A stretch of 64,000 nucleotides of DNA from Balanoglossus misakiensis (taxonomy: Eukaryota > Animalia > Hemichordata). Below the pieces are notes generated by a model. It did not search any database and was not told the DNA's origin. It saw only the letters and a list, made by a program, of their open reading frames with translations. Positions within the stretch are counted from its first letter, which is position 1; every line of letters starts with the position of its first letter. Shown here in pieces: positions 13,262-26,749 of this stretch. The position numbers and the translations under genes are program-made. The stretch is from positions 248,001-312,000 of the forward strand of contig CM082586.2 of assembly GCA_040954595.2 (NCBI GenBank), written 5' to 3'.

Positions 13262-16200
13262 TTACTTTTTAGAGGCTTTGCTTTTCGGTTTGTCTTCCTC
13301 CACAAGAGAAGGGTCGATATTGATTTGGATGTGAGGAGCCCTCCAGAAGGTGAAGCTGCTATATTCATTGGGAGAGGTGAATTCATACGATGTCGTCTTG
13401 CCTTCCACTGGAGGAAATAAATGATCAACTAAGTCACTCAGTTTGGTGTACCTGTTGAAGAAAGAACAGATGAGGTCAAAGGTCATGTTTCACATATAAT
13501 TGCTGCTTTGTCTCTGTTATTTTTACTTTATGAGTCACTGTGCAGAAAGGAAAATGTCTTAATGTTACTTACGAAGACTGGAAAGTTTGTGTCAGCTCAT
13601 GCTTGAGTTCTCCTCTCGGATTAATGGTGAAAATTCTGGAGATTGGAATATCTAATGCACGATATGCCCAGACATCCTGTAAAGTCATTCACAGAAAAAC
13701 ATACGTTAAGAATTAACTCTTCACTTTCATTAAAATCACATCAATAATGTCGTGCTCAACAAGCTGACATAATCCACATATACTACTTACATTGATTTTA
13801 TTTCCAAAACCTGCACAAAATGGATTACCATCACTGCCTTGAAACAATGCTTGAATATCTCGTAAACAGCTGATTTTAAATTCTTCTGGTTTCCGTTCAA
13901 TAACCTCCCTGTGAAAGCAGAAAAAATGTTTTGTGTTAACAGATGAGAATTCATCTCCATGTTATGAATATGAAATTTTACAAACCAACTTTGTCCGATG
14001 CAGACGGTTATAAATAAGTTTAATTCGAGACAAAGATTCAATGGTTTCATTGCAAGCAGAGCCAACAATTACAAAGCAGTTGAACTCACTTGTGGAAAGC
14101 TGTGATGAGTGAAGTTGGTGATAACAACAACGGTCCATCTGGCAAAGCAGTCTGTTCTTGCTTGACACTCTTCAGATAACCTTTAGTCAGAGATGCCTGA
14201 CCAATAGCACGCGCCGATAGATACAAGAACTGGTAGCCATTGGACCTGATAGTTGTGTAAAGGTTCGCAACTCCTGATTGGGTCCAATCTTTGCCAAACA
14301 CTGGTAAGATCTGTCCCATGACATCAGATTTGGTGATAGTGCCATCGATGTCGGAGATGATGATTTTGTTGTCGTAGTTCCACAGATACACAGTGCATTT
14401 ACATCTGCAGGTTCCTTGATATCGAGTTGTCACTGAATATACGATTTCATTAGCACCACTTTTTAAATTCAACTTGGCCTTCAAGAGACAAGAGAAGAAG
14501 GATTTATTACTAACACAAACATAGAATAATAGGCTTCAAGTTTTAATTGAATCACTGATTTCACTAAACACAAAATGTGCAAAGCAAATATTAGTGACAT
14601 GAACTCAGAACGATCTTACTTTCTGCAATGCAATTACTTACAATTTTATCACTTGAAAGCCTGACTGTTTTCTTGAATCTTTCTCTTCCTGTTTCATAAA
14701 GATCAGCTGTTTCAGCTGACTCTGTTTCTTTCACATCGGATTCTGATTGTGAGGCGGATTTTTGTCGTGTTGGTGTTGGTTGTTCTTCTTCACTGGATGA
14801 ACTGTCGGATTTCTGTCGCCTGAAAAAGAAACATGAAACATAATTTGTAAGTGAAAGAACAACTGTTTGGGGTCCATGAAATATACCAGAGAGTTTTTCT
14901 GTTAGTGACAGTGTGTGGCTGTTGGATAGGAGTTTCACCTTGAAAGTTCCTTTTTTGGCGATGAAGGTGGACTATTCGGTTGACTGCTATCACTCAATAC
15001 TTTTTCATCAGATTTCGAACTGTCTGTGGGTTTGTTGGATCTTCTCCAGGAAAACCACGATGTGAGACGACGACTTTCTTTCTTTGAGTCTTTTGTCAGT
15101 CTATCAGCAACATCCTAGAATGAAGAAGAAAATGGTTACGTTGAATGGATTTGCACAGATTTTCAGAAATAAACCAAAATAATTGATAATGATGTCCAAG
15201 ATACGAAATCCTACACAGGAGATAACTCACCTCAGGAAGTGGTCTTTGGAAGACAACCAGGGACATAATTAATGGACTTGCTGACTGCCAATTGTAATAC
15301 TTGCCACCAAATCTTAAGACTAAATTTTGATCAGCTAAAATACTGGGATTCTTACAGAAGTCATTGTACGTCACCAATGACTGTAGAAATTTTTCTGAAA
15401 GTAAAGGTAACAAGGAAGATAATGTTATGAAAAGGCTTTGTTTATACCCGAGATGTGATTTGCTAGAATCAGTCACATGATAGGAATGTAGAATGACTAT
15501 TTCCCTAGGGAAACAGTCACAACATCTGTCCAACTTGAGTGCATATCAGGACATGATCATGAGTTGTGCTATAATACACATATTGCCAAACCAAAATTTT
15601 GATATCATTTTCAAACTTACCCATAGGTATATCCCCTTCTGATTTATCCAAACCGCCGCACAATGACAATGCCAAGTCACCTAACTGTTCACTGCGAAAC
15701 AAAATGAAAACCATGTGTTGTAGAATTATTACTTGCATAAAATGTGTATTACCTACAATTTGAAAGTGGTACAAGAAAAGTGTATATTTGATAAGCACAT
15801 AAATGAATGTCATCACCATGGTTTGGTCCAAACCCATTTCTTTCTATGGTAAAGTTGGACATCTACAAAAGGAAATGGGGGTGATAGGGTTCATGATGTT
15901 TTCACTGCACAACCAACAAGCATGCACGTACGGTAATACAAGGAGATGATATGAAGCCGTACACAGGTCTGGAGTACTGCTGGAGAGATCAGCAAGGTAC
16001 AAGACCGAACAAGTTTTGGAGAGGAAGGTTGAAAAGATAGATTGTTTACGCTACAGGAACTGGCATGGAAACATGTACGTGTATACAACTAGACAAGTTA
16101 GTGTACCGGTACTTCAAGTTCTAGTTCTACTCCCTAAAACATTCTACAAAGAGGGGTGGAAGCTTAGCATCTAAAGAGTCTGTACCTTATAGTCTGAAAG

Positions 16201-19146
16201 ATCAAAACCTACCCAGTTTCATCTGTGGAAGTAGCCTTACTGATATTATTAGCTCTTGTTAAAAGATGATCAGGTGTTGTTAGAAGACTAGCAGAGATGC
16301 AGAGAGGAAAGAGAGAGAGAGGAATGGGTATGTTATGTGTTGTATTAGAAAAGACAAAATGTAGACATGCTGAAGAGTAGCATATTAGTTAAGTCCCCCT
16401 CCACATCCACACACACACACACTGTCTACATTAAATTTTGTATGTCAGCCAAACCTGGTTAAGTACATGAATCATTCACAGATAGCCTCTTCACCTCTTT
16501 TTAAATTATACTTTTTAGTGAATTTCCTCTTGCAAGAAATGAGACAGAATATTCAAAATACTGATTGAAATCCTCACCTGGAATCTTCAAACGGATGCTG
16601 AGAATCTGTTCCGCTGTCAATACTCCCCTCCCCTCCTTCCAATGAAATTGGAGACTGCACAGCAGACTGTCTGTCTTCATCTGCTGTTGCCAAGGAAACC
16701 TCCTCCTTTTCATCATCTTTGTTGTCATCTTTGATTGGTTGAATTTGATTTGCAGGTATGGTTCTGAATCAGAAACAGAAATGAACAACATTGATTATAT
16801 TACACAGAAAGACACTGATATAAATGTATTTTTTGTCTGTGTTCATTTATAATTAAACTCTTCATTGATAATAACCACTGTCATGATACAGACATAGTAA
16901 TGTATGGTATGGGTAGGTTAAGAGAGGCAGTCGATAATACTATTGACTTACGGTTTTGTTAAGTAAAGAGCTGCCACTTCCGGATCTAACTCATCCATAT
17001 TATTTGTCAGTTCTTCCAGATATATTCCACCTTCTATACTTTGACTGTGTCTAATCTTCTTTGTTCTCCTCATAAACTGGAACACGCTACCCAGCATGGA
17101 CTGTTTCTGTTTCGACTCCATATCAGCCTCTGATTCTTGTGTTGCATCGGTCGGCTCGGACGTACTGGCCACATCATCCGTGGGAGTTGGTTTGGTATTT
17201 TCAGGTTGAGATACTGGTGGTTTTACAGTCTGTCGATCAAAGATATAATCATGAGATTATGTTCTGTTGCTCACTTGCAAATTATGAGAAGTTATTGGAA
17301 AGCTGTTCGATATTGTGGCATTTTGGACGACCCACCAAGGTGTATTGCATGATGTTTTCATCCGTGCAATGTTTACATCCCCAATCCTGGTTGTATGTTT
17401 TGATCATCCTCACTACAAACAATGAGACCGTACCATTAACGAGGAGATAATAGGGTATATACTTACTGGAGGTACCTGTACTTGTGGAAGTTCACCCCAG
17501 TTCCATTTCACATTCACAACTTCTTCCTCTCTGTCCAAATTTTCTTTCCTTTGTAATTCTGCTTCCGTGTCACTCTTGGGTGTTCCAGGTCTTGGACTAA
17601 CGATTGGACTTAAATGAAACAGAGAGAGAGAGAAAGAGAGTTAATTGTGCTAACCAGGAATGAAAATACACACTGTACAATGTATATGTCAAGTTTTGAA
17701 TCAGTATGCAGCAGCATTGTTTCTTACCTGTCTAGAGGAGTTGCATCTCCGTCAGAAAATGGATAAAAATCCGGAATGTACGGAATGTGGTGAGGCAGAT
17801 GTTCCAGTTGCTGCTCCTCGTCCGACTGAATCACTTGGATGTGACTCAAATCAGTGTCTGAATTGATAGTAATGGTTTCAACTTCAATGTCCTCGTCATT
17901 TTCATCTGTTGAAATGTCCATCTGAAAGATGTCTTCAACAGATTGATTACTAGACTGACTTTCACTCCTTTGAGTGTTACTTCTACTTTTATTGGCTTTT
18001 CCACTCTTGCGACGTTTCCGCAGAACTTTTCGCTTGGATTCACTTTCATCATCTTTGCCTCGTTCTGATCGTGACACCCTCTTTTCACTCTCTGCTTCTG
18101 ACAAACTGGCGACACTGCAATTCCTCGACAAATCCAAATGTGATTTTTTCATTTCTCCATCTCCAGTTTCTATGGTGATCTCCACTGGTTTATTGACATC
18201 TTCGATATTGACGGTCACAGAATCTGAACCAGACGGTTCCTTCAATGCCTCAGCAACACCACTGATTAACAATTTGTCTTCCTCAGAGGTGGCCAGTTCT
18301 TCACCTTTGACCTTTTCCATCATCTCTGCATGAAGACTCTTCAGTCCAGCTTCCATGAGGTCATCGTAAGACATAATTGGAGATGTGGCCAGATAATCCG
18401 GTATCTGAAATTACAAGATGACAAAATTTAGCTTTCAATTTCATAAAAATGTGAATTATTCCCGCGACAAAACTTAATTTGATAGGAAGGACAACATAAA
18501 TTTTTTTTCTAAAGCATACCACAATCACTTTTCAGATAATATCACCTACCTCCTCTCCATCGGTTTCTTCAACAAAGAAAGCTTCACCAGTCTCTCCTAG
18601 TTTCATTTGTAGATCAACAGGCTCACCATTGATTTCAATATCAACCTAAAGCAGATTAAAACATCATAGAAATGTCTGATTATGTATTTAAATGTGTGAT
18701 GTGTGTACGTATGTATCCTGTCCATGCATACATACATACACAGTACACAGTTACGAAGTATGTCGTTTGATTGGTCCAGTACAAAGTGCTTGACACTAAA
18801 GTAGAGCGTAATTTAAAGTAAGGGTACCAGGAGAAACGATAGGCGGTATCATCTCCACAGCATTGTTTCTTGAGTCACTGGACTCACTCATCAGGAGACT
18901 AGACGTACACATTTATGTGTACCATGTATGAAAAATGATAATTTTTGATATGTACACCACACTTACCACTTTCTCTCTGCTCCGCAAGACTCCCATTTTG
19001 CCAAATCTGACATGGAACGGAGAACACAAGAAACTGCCATCTTCTTGTTTCACCACAATAACATCGATTGCACCGGTTAAAGTTGCTGCATTGATCTCTT
19101 TGTAAAAGTCTTTAAAGTTGGACAAAAATCGGCCAAAATAATTCAT
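13262..19146 (-). CDS. LPIN: Lipin (phosphatidate phosphatase), multi-exon
   Basis: N-LIP (MNYFGRF...[12 protein letters not shown]...[19 protein letters not shown]), polybasic [28 protein letters not shown] with catalytic [38 protein letters not shown]. An extra upstream coding exon cannot be excluded. Confidence 0.96.
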
Positions 19147-21681
19147 GCTGTTTGCATTGCACCACCCTGACGGAGAAAAAGATAAAACGAAAATGAAATT
19201 ACGTGTGGCAATATTATAACCTAGCTGCAATGATTCCGGGCTCTAACACCAGACATAGTTGTACAATAGAATTTTCCAGACCAGAGAGACTGCTGTTCTG
19301 ATCACATGCTGTTCTGATTAGCGAATATGATAAACTTTTTGCTTGATTGCTATCAAGGTTAAACAGTCCATCTTCTGGGGATTTTCCAGAAAATTGACCT
19401 CTGAAAATGTCCATTCAAATCCTACCTTTGGTTTGAGCACAACTGTCAGTACACGTATGGGAGACCGGAATGAAATGCTGGCTCAACTGTGACGATATTA
19501 AACTTGGACAGTGGGAATGTTATGTTATGAACCGGTCAGACATGTGAGTATTCACGCCACTCATAGTCCGGAGAATGACCATAGCACAGTTCCGACAGAC
19601 AGGTCAACTGTGACAACAACGGGCGGCCATTATTCGACCACTATTCCGTCATGTTGGCGTCATGTGATACATACAACATTAGACCAAACCATTTTCCATG
19701 GGGGAGGGTTCTACGTCACATCGAAGGGTTTGTCGGTGGTTTTGAATCAGCTGTCTTATCTTAGTTCAGACCTGTCACCTGTCAGGTGACAATTTATGAA
19801 AACATAAAAAGTTGATTGAAAGTGACATTGATTCTTGCTCTAGTTTTGTTTATTTCAGTGGCACTTTTCGCCATGAAATCTAACAACACCAGAGAAAGAT
19901 CAGTATTTTGATCCAGAAACCTATGATCATGTGACGGGATACAGAACCACACGGATATTGGCCATGCCTATTAAATCCAAATCTTTCTTATGACTGTTGC
20001 TATCAGTTGAATTATGATAGTAGTCAAGGATGTAACATGTTGTCTTTTGTCACTTGTTTTCTGGTAAAAAGGCAGGAAAGAGGAATAGAACTGAGAAACA
20101 CTTATGACAAACCCACGGGGCAAATCCGGAAAACCCTCCTTCTGTCCAAAAGTAGTTTTAGACTAAAAGAGAAAAGATTAAAACTGAGAACACCTGATCA
20201 CTTTTGTAATATATTAAATATAATAACTCTGTATGAAGTTAGTCTCACCTTACTTTCAGTCAAAGCAACCGATGCATGGCAAGTTGTACAATTAAAGAAT
20301 TTTATCAGAGGTCGCGTTTACGCAAAAAGTAGGCGTATTGACCCAGTGTGATTGTTTCTTAAATCTTGAGTGTGAGACCACTAGTGGTGTGATCCATTCA
20401 ATGCAAAAACATCATCCAGTGGTGTGACTCTATGATAAATATGCAACCTACTTAATATTCAAATGTTAATGAACTATTCCATATATGGAATGTATTCATT
20501 GTGATGCTAATATCTTCAACCCATGTATGTATTGAAATGGTACATGAATTAAAGGTCTATTTGGGTCACATATGCAAGGTTAAAGTGGTCATGACGCAAA
20601 TTGGCACAGATATTCCTTCCAGAACAGTTTGAAATTCTTGCCATATCAACTATAAATGTGTAAACTCTCTTATGACGGGACGCTGTCACAACTAAATGAC
20701 CAAACTAGACCAGAGCTTCTGTCTATTCACTGAACAACTTCAGTCATTTAATCTGGCAATTGAAATGTTCAATCGTTATGAAATTGACATAATGACAAGT
20801 TGAATTGCATGAAATCGACCACAGATAATATATAATTTAATGCCTTGGTCTAACAAGCAGTCTTGGAACTTAAATTTTCGAGTTCACAACCATGATACGT
20901 TAGAATATTAGAACCGGAACGAGCTAGACCAAAAATGACGACGTTCAGACTTGCCTGAAGTCTCTGAGCTTCTACTGTGCATGTGATCGTCAAATTAATA
21001 TCGCTGTTGCGCTCAATTTTGCCAAAAATAAGAATTTTACCCAATATTCTGACTCGTAATAACGCCCAATAATAAATTAATTACCTACCTTAACCTGATT
21101 TCTGTAAATAACCGTCTAATACATACATACGACCAGAGTTTATGCGTAATTCCTGAATACTACTCCAGACAAATGGTGTCAACATCGGCACGAAGCCAAA
21201 ACATTCGATTCACATTCACCATGCTTTATTATCATATGTTATGTAAATGAGTAGAACTGACCAATCCAATAGAACCATGGAAGGGCCTGATCCATTGTGA
21301 TCCAATCAACGCGTCTGTCGCCTTGTCGACCAACAATTATGTCGGCGCGCAGCGCGCAGTTTCCCCGCCAAGTAAATTTCGCCCTTGCATAACCTGTCAT
21401 GTGACGCATAGTAAAGTGATTAAAAGTCACGTGAAAGGCGAAGGCCGATTCTATCCTGTTTGTTTTCATTTATCTCCGTGGACATTAGCAATTGATCTGC
21501 GCAATACTAAGCTTTAACTGCCAATATCAGCGAGGGTCACCGAACTTTCGGCCGGCCGGCCGTGTACGATTTCACATGTACGTGTTAGGGGTCAACAATG
21601 GGCGTTGTACACTAACTGGACACTGATTGGTCAATACAATGTCACCCGACACTGACCATACATAATCATCATCGTGGCTTT

Positions 21682-21810
<129 letters not shown>

Positions 21811-23094
21811 CGTTTTGCATCGCATAGCATGATAGCCTCTACTTTTGACAAAAGTGTGACACCGTTTTAGTTACCAAAGTCCCTCTGTGCTGGTGGAAAT
21901 GTGGAAATGTGACATTATTTTAACTGACTCTCAAATACAATATAATTAGGACCACTTACTTAAAAGTTTCGAGAAAAGAGTCTCTGAGTCTACGTAGATT
22001 AATGCCATGGCACCATTGCAGAAAATAGACTGTCCGTAAGGTTCCTGTTGCAAATTCACGCTGTGAAACTACTTGTAACTATGCAGAAGCTTATTGTCAA
22101 CTGACTACTATACTCTGTGATTGTTTGTAAATGCAAATTTCTTGGCCTGTTACGTTGTTGACGTAACAGCCACATGGCTGACCACGCCACCTTGACAATC
22201 ACTCATCAGAATCAACTACATCTTCTCTTAATATCTCCTGGAGACGAGTGTTTACAAATACGGTGGGGGGGGGGGGGGTATAGTAATATAGTAAAAGCGT
22301 GCAAATTGATAATTTCATTTCATAATGTTAATACCTCTTTAGCAATGTTTAATGACATTCGATCGACAACTGTGTTTATGATGATGAGCTTCCTACAAAC
22401 ACTTATAAGTTTGGCAAGAAATGTTGTAATAAACCACTCCCCAAATTGTCAATCAGTATTTCATGTTATGATGGAGCGAGCTAGAGCGCAGTCGCATCAC
22501 ACATCGACCTCACCAAACACGACTGTTCCTATGACAACGGTCACACAAGGACTTGTGGATAACAATTTCACTTTTGTCGCGCATGATCTGAGGGCAGGAG
22601 TGACGCGTGGTCTGCATAATTTTGAATGAATTATTAGAGTCTGGGTTGTGCATTCACCATCTGTTGCTGATAGTGACGGGTTGATTTGGATTTCAGTTAT
22701 TTCAGGTAAGTTTTCATGATATAATTTGGGTGACGTTCATGGCTGTTATCTACAGAAGAATTGACATGTGACAGATACAGCTTTGCTTATGTCTTCGACT
22801 GACACGGCTTGCACTAACACAAAAAATAGTGAGAGTTAACTGAACTCTGTAAGTGACCTATTTTCCGGGTTCATTTTCCATCATAGACTGTTAGGGTCGC
22901 AGTTTCCATTTTGAAATCAACCTTACTTGATTCTGCCAATTTCGACGAATCATTGTTCAGCTAGAGTCAATTTGCGACCAAACGAGAGTGTATTAATATT
23001 ATGGTTCAATTTCTTTCCAAGACAAAAAGCTTTCAAGTTAGTACGTAGGCCTACAGAACTTTAACACGAGCGTCATTCTCTCCCCGCAGGTGAA

Positions 23095-24102
23095 ATGTTG
23101 CGTGTTACGGAATCAAGGCGTGGTGAGTCGGTTTCTTCTAAGAAACGCAACAATCTGAAGAACAACAACGGTAACTGGGTATGGGGTGTGTATATACTAC
23201 GTGTAGTATGCCTCATCTCGGCTTATCTGTTCATATATAACATCGGAACGATACAGGCCACAGTGAACCACCTTTGGGAATTTTTACGCAATAATTGGTT
23301 CTATCGCTTACCATATTTTGAGACTATCTTCGTCGTGGGTTACTACTCCATATTTCTGTGGTTACCGATTATCATCGACTATACTGGCGTGTTTGACCGG
23401 TACAAATTGGAGCCAAAAGAAAAATTGCCTCTACCGTCTGCACTGATGTATGTCTGTGAAACTCTGGTATATGTGGCGCCCTTAGCAACGATGGATACCT
23501 TCATGGTGAAAAAGTACGCAGGAGTAACTGATGCTGACCTCACAGAAGTTCGAAAATCTTGGATTCAAACCGAACGTATTCTACCGAAAGATCCACCAGA
23601 TGTTCAGATAATGGTGTTTCATCTCATAGCATCTTTCATCATATACGATTTTTTGATATTTTTAATGCATTACACTTTACATACGAACAGGTGGTTGTAT
23701 GACAATATCCACGCCTGCCACCATGATCATCGGGGGTTACACAGTCGTATCACCAACAAGTTGCATATTATAGAGCGAGTTTCCATCGTTCTGACTGCAA
23801 ATTTTGCCCTGAAAGTAATAGGAAGTCACCCCCTGACACGCACACTATTTATACCCATATTTGTCAGCTGGTTGTCTGAGAGCCATATGGGCTATGACTT
23901 CCCATGGTCATATGACAAAATCGTGCCTTTTGGTATTCTTGGAGGTGCCAGGTCACATCAGACTCATCACGTGACGCGTAACAGAAATTTCCAACCTTTC
24001 TTCACATATATTGATAAACTGGTTCTCCAAAACCACAAAAAGTACAGAATGAGGTCATCGACGTCCATTTTTCTGTTTCATGAGGGCGTGCCTGATGAAT
24101 AG
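23095..24102 (+). CDS. Cholesterol 25-hydroxylase-like protein (fatty acid hydroxylase / sterol desaturase superfamily), single coding exon, 335 aa
   Basis: His boxes HYTLH, HACHH, SHMGYDFPW and HQTHH; NFQPFFTYIDKL resembles the CH25H C-terminal motif; several TM segments. Probable 5'UTR intron ~22706-23089. Confidence 0.88.
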   Translation: MLRVTESRRGESVSSKKRNNLKNNNGNWVWGVYILRVVCLISAYLFIYNIGTIQATVNHLWEFLRNNWFYRLPYFETIFVVGYYSIFLWLPIIIDYTGVFDRYKLEPKEKLPLPSALMYVCETLVYVAPLATMDTFMVKKYAGVTDADLTEVRKSWIQTERILPKDPPDVQIMVFHLIASFIIYDFLIFLMHYTLHTNRWLYDNIHACHHDHRGLHSRITNKLHIIERVSIVLTANFALKVIGSHPLTRTLFIPIFVSWLSESHMGYDFPWSYDKIVPFGILGGARSHQTHHVTRNRNFQPFFTYIDKLVLQNHKKYRMRSSTSIFLFHEGVPDE

Positions 24103-25618
24103 ATCTGTGGCACCTGACAAGGTTGAATCTAAACAAATAGTAGTGCAGCACTGTTTTGCATCTGACGAAGGAGACTACATGTATCCGAAATCAGCTGATC
24201 TCATCAAACCTTAGTCTATATTGCAATGTATTCTTCATTTAAAACAAACTTGTATACACCTGTTTATATTTGTTTCGTTATATTTGAAATAGCAAGTGGT
24301 TACATTGTTGACGCTAATTCTTATCTGTATTTATTTATTAATAAATATAGAAGTTAACTGTAATGTGTATGCATGTCTTATTTTAAGCTAGTATTTACAA
24401 TCCATGGCCACCACAGCAAAATACTTTGCATCCAATGACAGGTGTCTATGCGTCTCTTAAAAGCAATTCATTATCAAAAATATTTACGATTTTGGGGTGG
24501 TGATGACAGGTAAACTCTCCCGCCATGCCAAACAAACTTTTTGGAACTTTGCTCCCACTCTTGGTTTATTATTGGTGAACACAGTTACTGTAGTCATTTT
24601 AATAGAAAACGAGTTGTACAATGTATTGAATATTGAAATAAAAATCTCCATATTTCGAATCGTTTAAGACTTCGTGCATTTGCTGCAATTAACGAAAATA
24701 GCACGTTATACCCACAAAATTTCTATCATAACAAAATTGTATGTTCATCCATCCATTTTAATTCTGCTCTTTCATTATCTATTAATAGAGATAACCATCT
24801 GGCCACGATGTGATCGTTATTCGTCGACAAAGCTTGGGTCGCAAATCATGCAAATGATTGACTGGATTTCTGGCTGTGATTCCAAGCGTTGATGACTGAC
24901 CAAGGTGAGTCCCATGATTAACTCATTAAGATCTTTAGCTAATTATACTATCTTGTAAGTACAGTCACAGATGGTAATGAGATCACATTTTTGATCGCAG
25001 CACACCGCGTAACATACCTACACTCCAGAGGTAATGTGTGTAGGCTTATATACTTGATAGTTTAAAAACCATGTTTGCCAATGTGTCACACTGGAATCAA
25101 ACAGTTCAGTGTCTCCAGTATGATTTATCATTCCATGTAGGTATTCAGGTTAATACTCCCTGAAAATCACACCACGCATCGGAATAGCCTTGCTTGATTA
25201 CCAAATGACTTGGTCAAAATATACTTTATGCATAAGAAACCATGACAACAACCAACATAAAATATATAAATCGATTCTAACATCATTTGACCCACTTCTC
25301 GACTTGAGCTCCCAAGTGAATTTTTGCTCCCAGCCGATTGGTCAAAACGGGCGTGTGAACAATAGCAACTTTTAAGGCTTCCCACCATGCACCAGTCACC
25401 CGACATGACAACTGCCAATGTTCAAAGTTTAAATTCCAACATCATCGTCTTTTACTCGAGTCTGCTGACACCAACAAATATCAAATCTCATTACATGACA
25501 TAAAGAGATATACAGACTTTCTTACAGACTTGAACCAAGTCTATCTCAGACAATTCACGAAAATCACTAAGGTAGTGCCAGTTGTAATTCAAAACATCAT
25601 CTACTGACATCAATGCAG

Positions 25619-25672
25619 GTCACGTGAGAGATGGATGCCTCACGTGAATCATTCGGTGTAATGTCACGTGTC
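25619..25672. promoter_or_regulatory. Cluster of three TCACGTG E-boxes upstream of the SLC22 gene
   Basis: CACGTG at 25621, 25641 and 25665, each preceded by T. Confidence 0.35.
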
Positions 25673-26749
25673 TCCGAAGTAACAATATCAGGACAGGAGT
25701 TTGGTATCAAGAAAGTGTACAGTAGCAATTTCTTAAACGAGTAAATTGTAATTCCCAAGATGTCTGTTGGAGATAATTTTGGCAAGAACGGCAGTTTGAC
25801 AAAAAATCAGAGCTCAGTCATACCTGAACTTCACGGGATCTAATAAATAAAGATTCGTTTACTGACAGTAAATGATATATGATTTGTACTTTGTGTGAAA
25901 ATATCATTGTGACCTGGAAACGAGGTCATTGAGTATTTGCAAAAGGACTATCTCGTATTCAAGTATTTGTTCAGTGAATTATCAATGAGGAGAGTTTAAT
26001 CGAAGACAGAGTCAACTTTTTTGGTTCTATTTCTGCGGATTTCAACACTGATGCGTAATGGTAGACACACTTTGTTAATGTTTGGATATTTTTGTCGTGT
26101 TGCCGCTTGTATCTGCATTAGCATCGTCTATAGATGACACAAGCGAACACTAACTATCGACGCAATTTAATTATTAGCAGTTATCTTATCACTAGAAAAT
26201 TATTAGGGTCACGAAATGGCTGATGAAATCGTAGCCACTATAAACTGCATGGTACAGAAAATGAAATAATCAATGAGAGGCTTAGGTTAACCCTTTAAAT
26301 GCTATTATTATAGAGAAATACAGAAAGAGTCGCTTGTGTAACTCATTAGCAGCAGGGTCAGGGCCCCTTTTCGCCACTATTTGACTGTACACATAATTAT
26401 CTCTGTCCGTGTCAGACATGCCATTTATCATTCAAAGTTTGGAGGTCATCCAAACATCCAAATATGGCCGGTGCATGAGTGTGAGCAAGCTCGAAGGTAA
26501 ATCATCATTAGTTGGTCTGAAATTCTTGTTGCATCATTATTTTTTCTCTTGAATCATACAAATGTACAGTATTTTTTTTCTCAGCTATCTTTCACCTCTT
26601 CAATGTGAACCTTAGGAGATAAAATGATATTTTCACTCGACCTCTCACCTATCGTTAATTATGTGAAGAGCAGCTCTCTCTACGAAAACTTCATTTATCC
26701 ATATGTTCTTTTCCAGAAGGTTGAGAAATTACTCATCAGACCCGTAACC

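Noticed and set aside
13473-13485. Perfect DR1 (AGGTCAAAGGTCA) in the last lipin intron
   Set aside because: It coincides with the branch point/polypyrimidine region on the coding strand and cannot be separated from splice-signal composition.
17974-18333. Plus-strand 119-aa ORF with a signal-peptide-like start
   Set aside because: Antisense shadow of the large lipin exon.
22174-22629. 151-aa ORF upstream of the CH25H-like gene
   Set aside because: No domain features or splice support; it spans a G-run and the likely promoter region.
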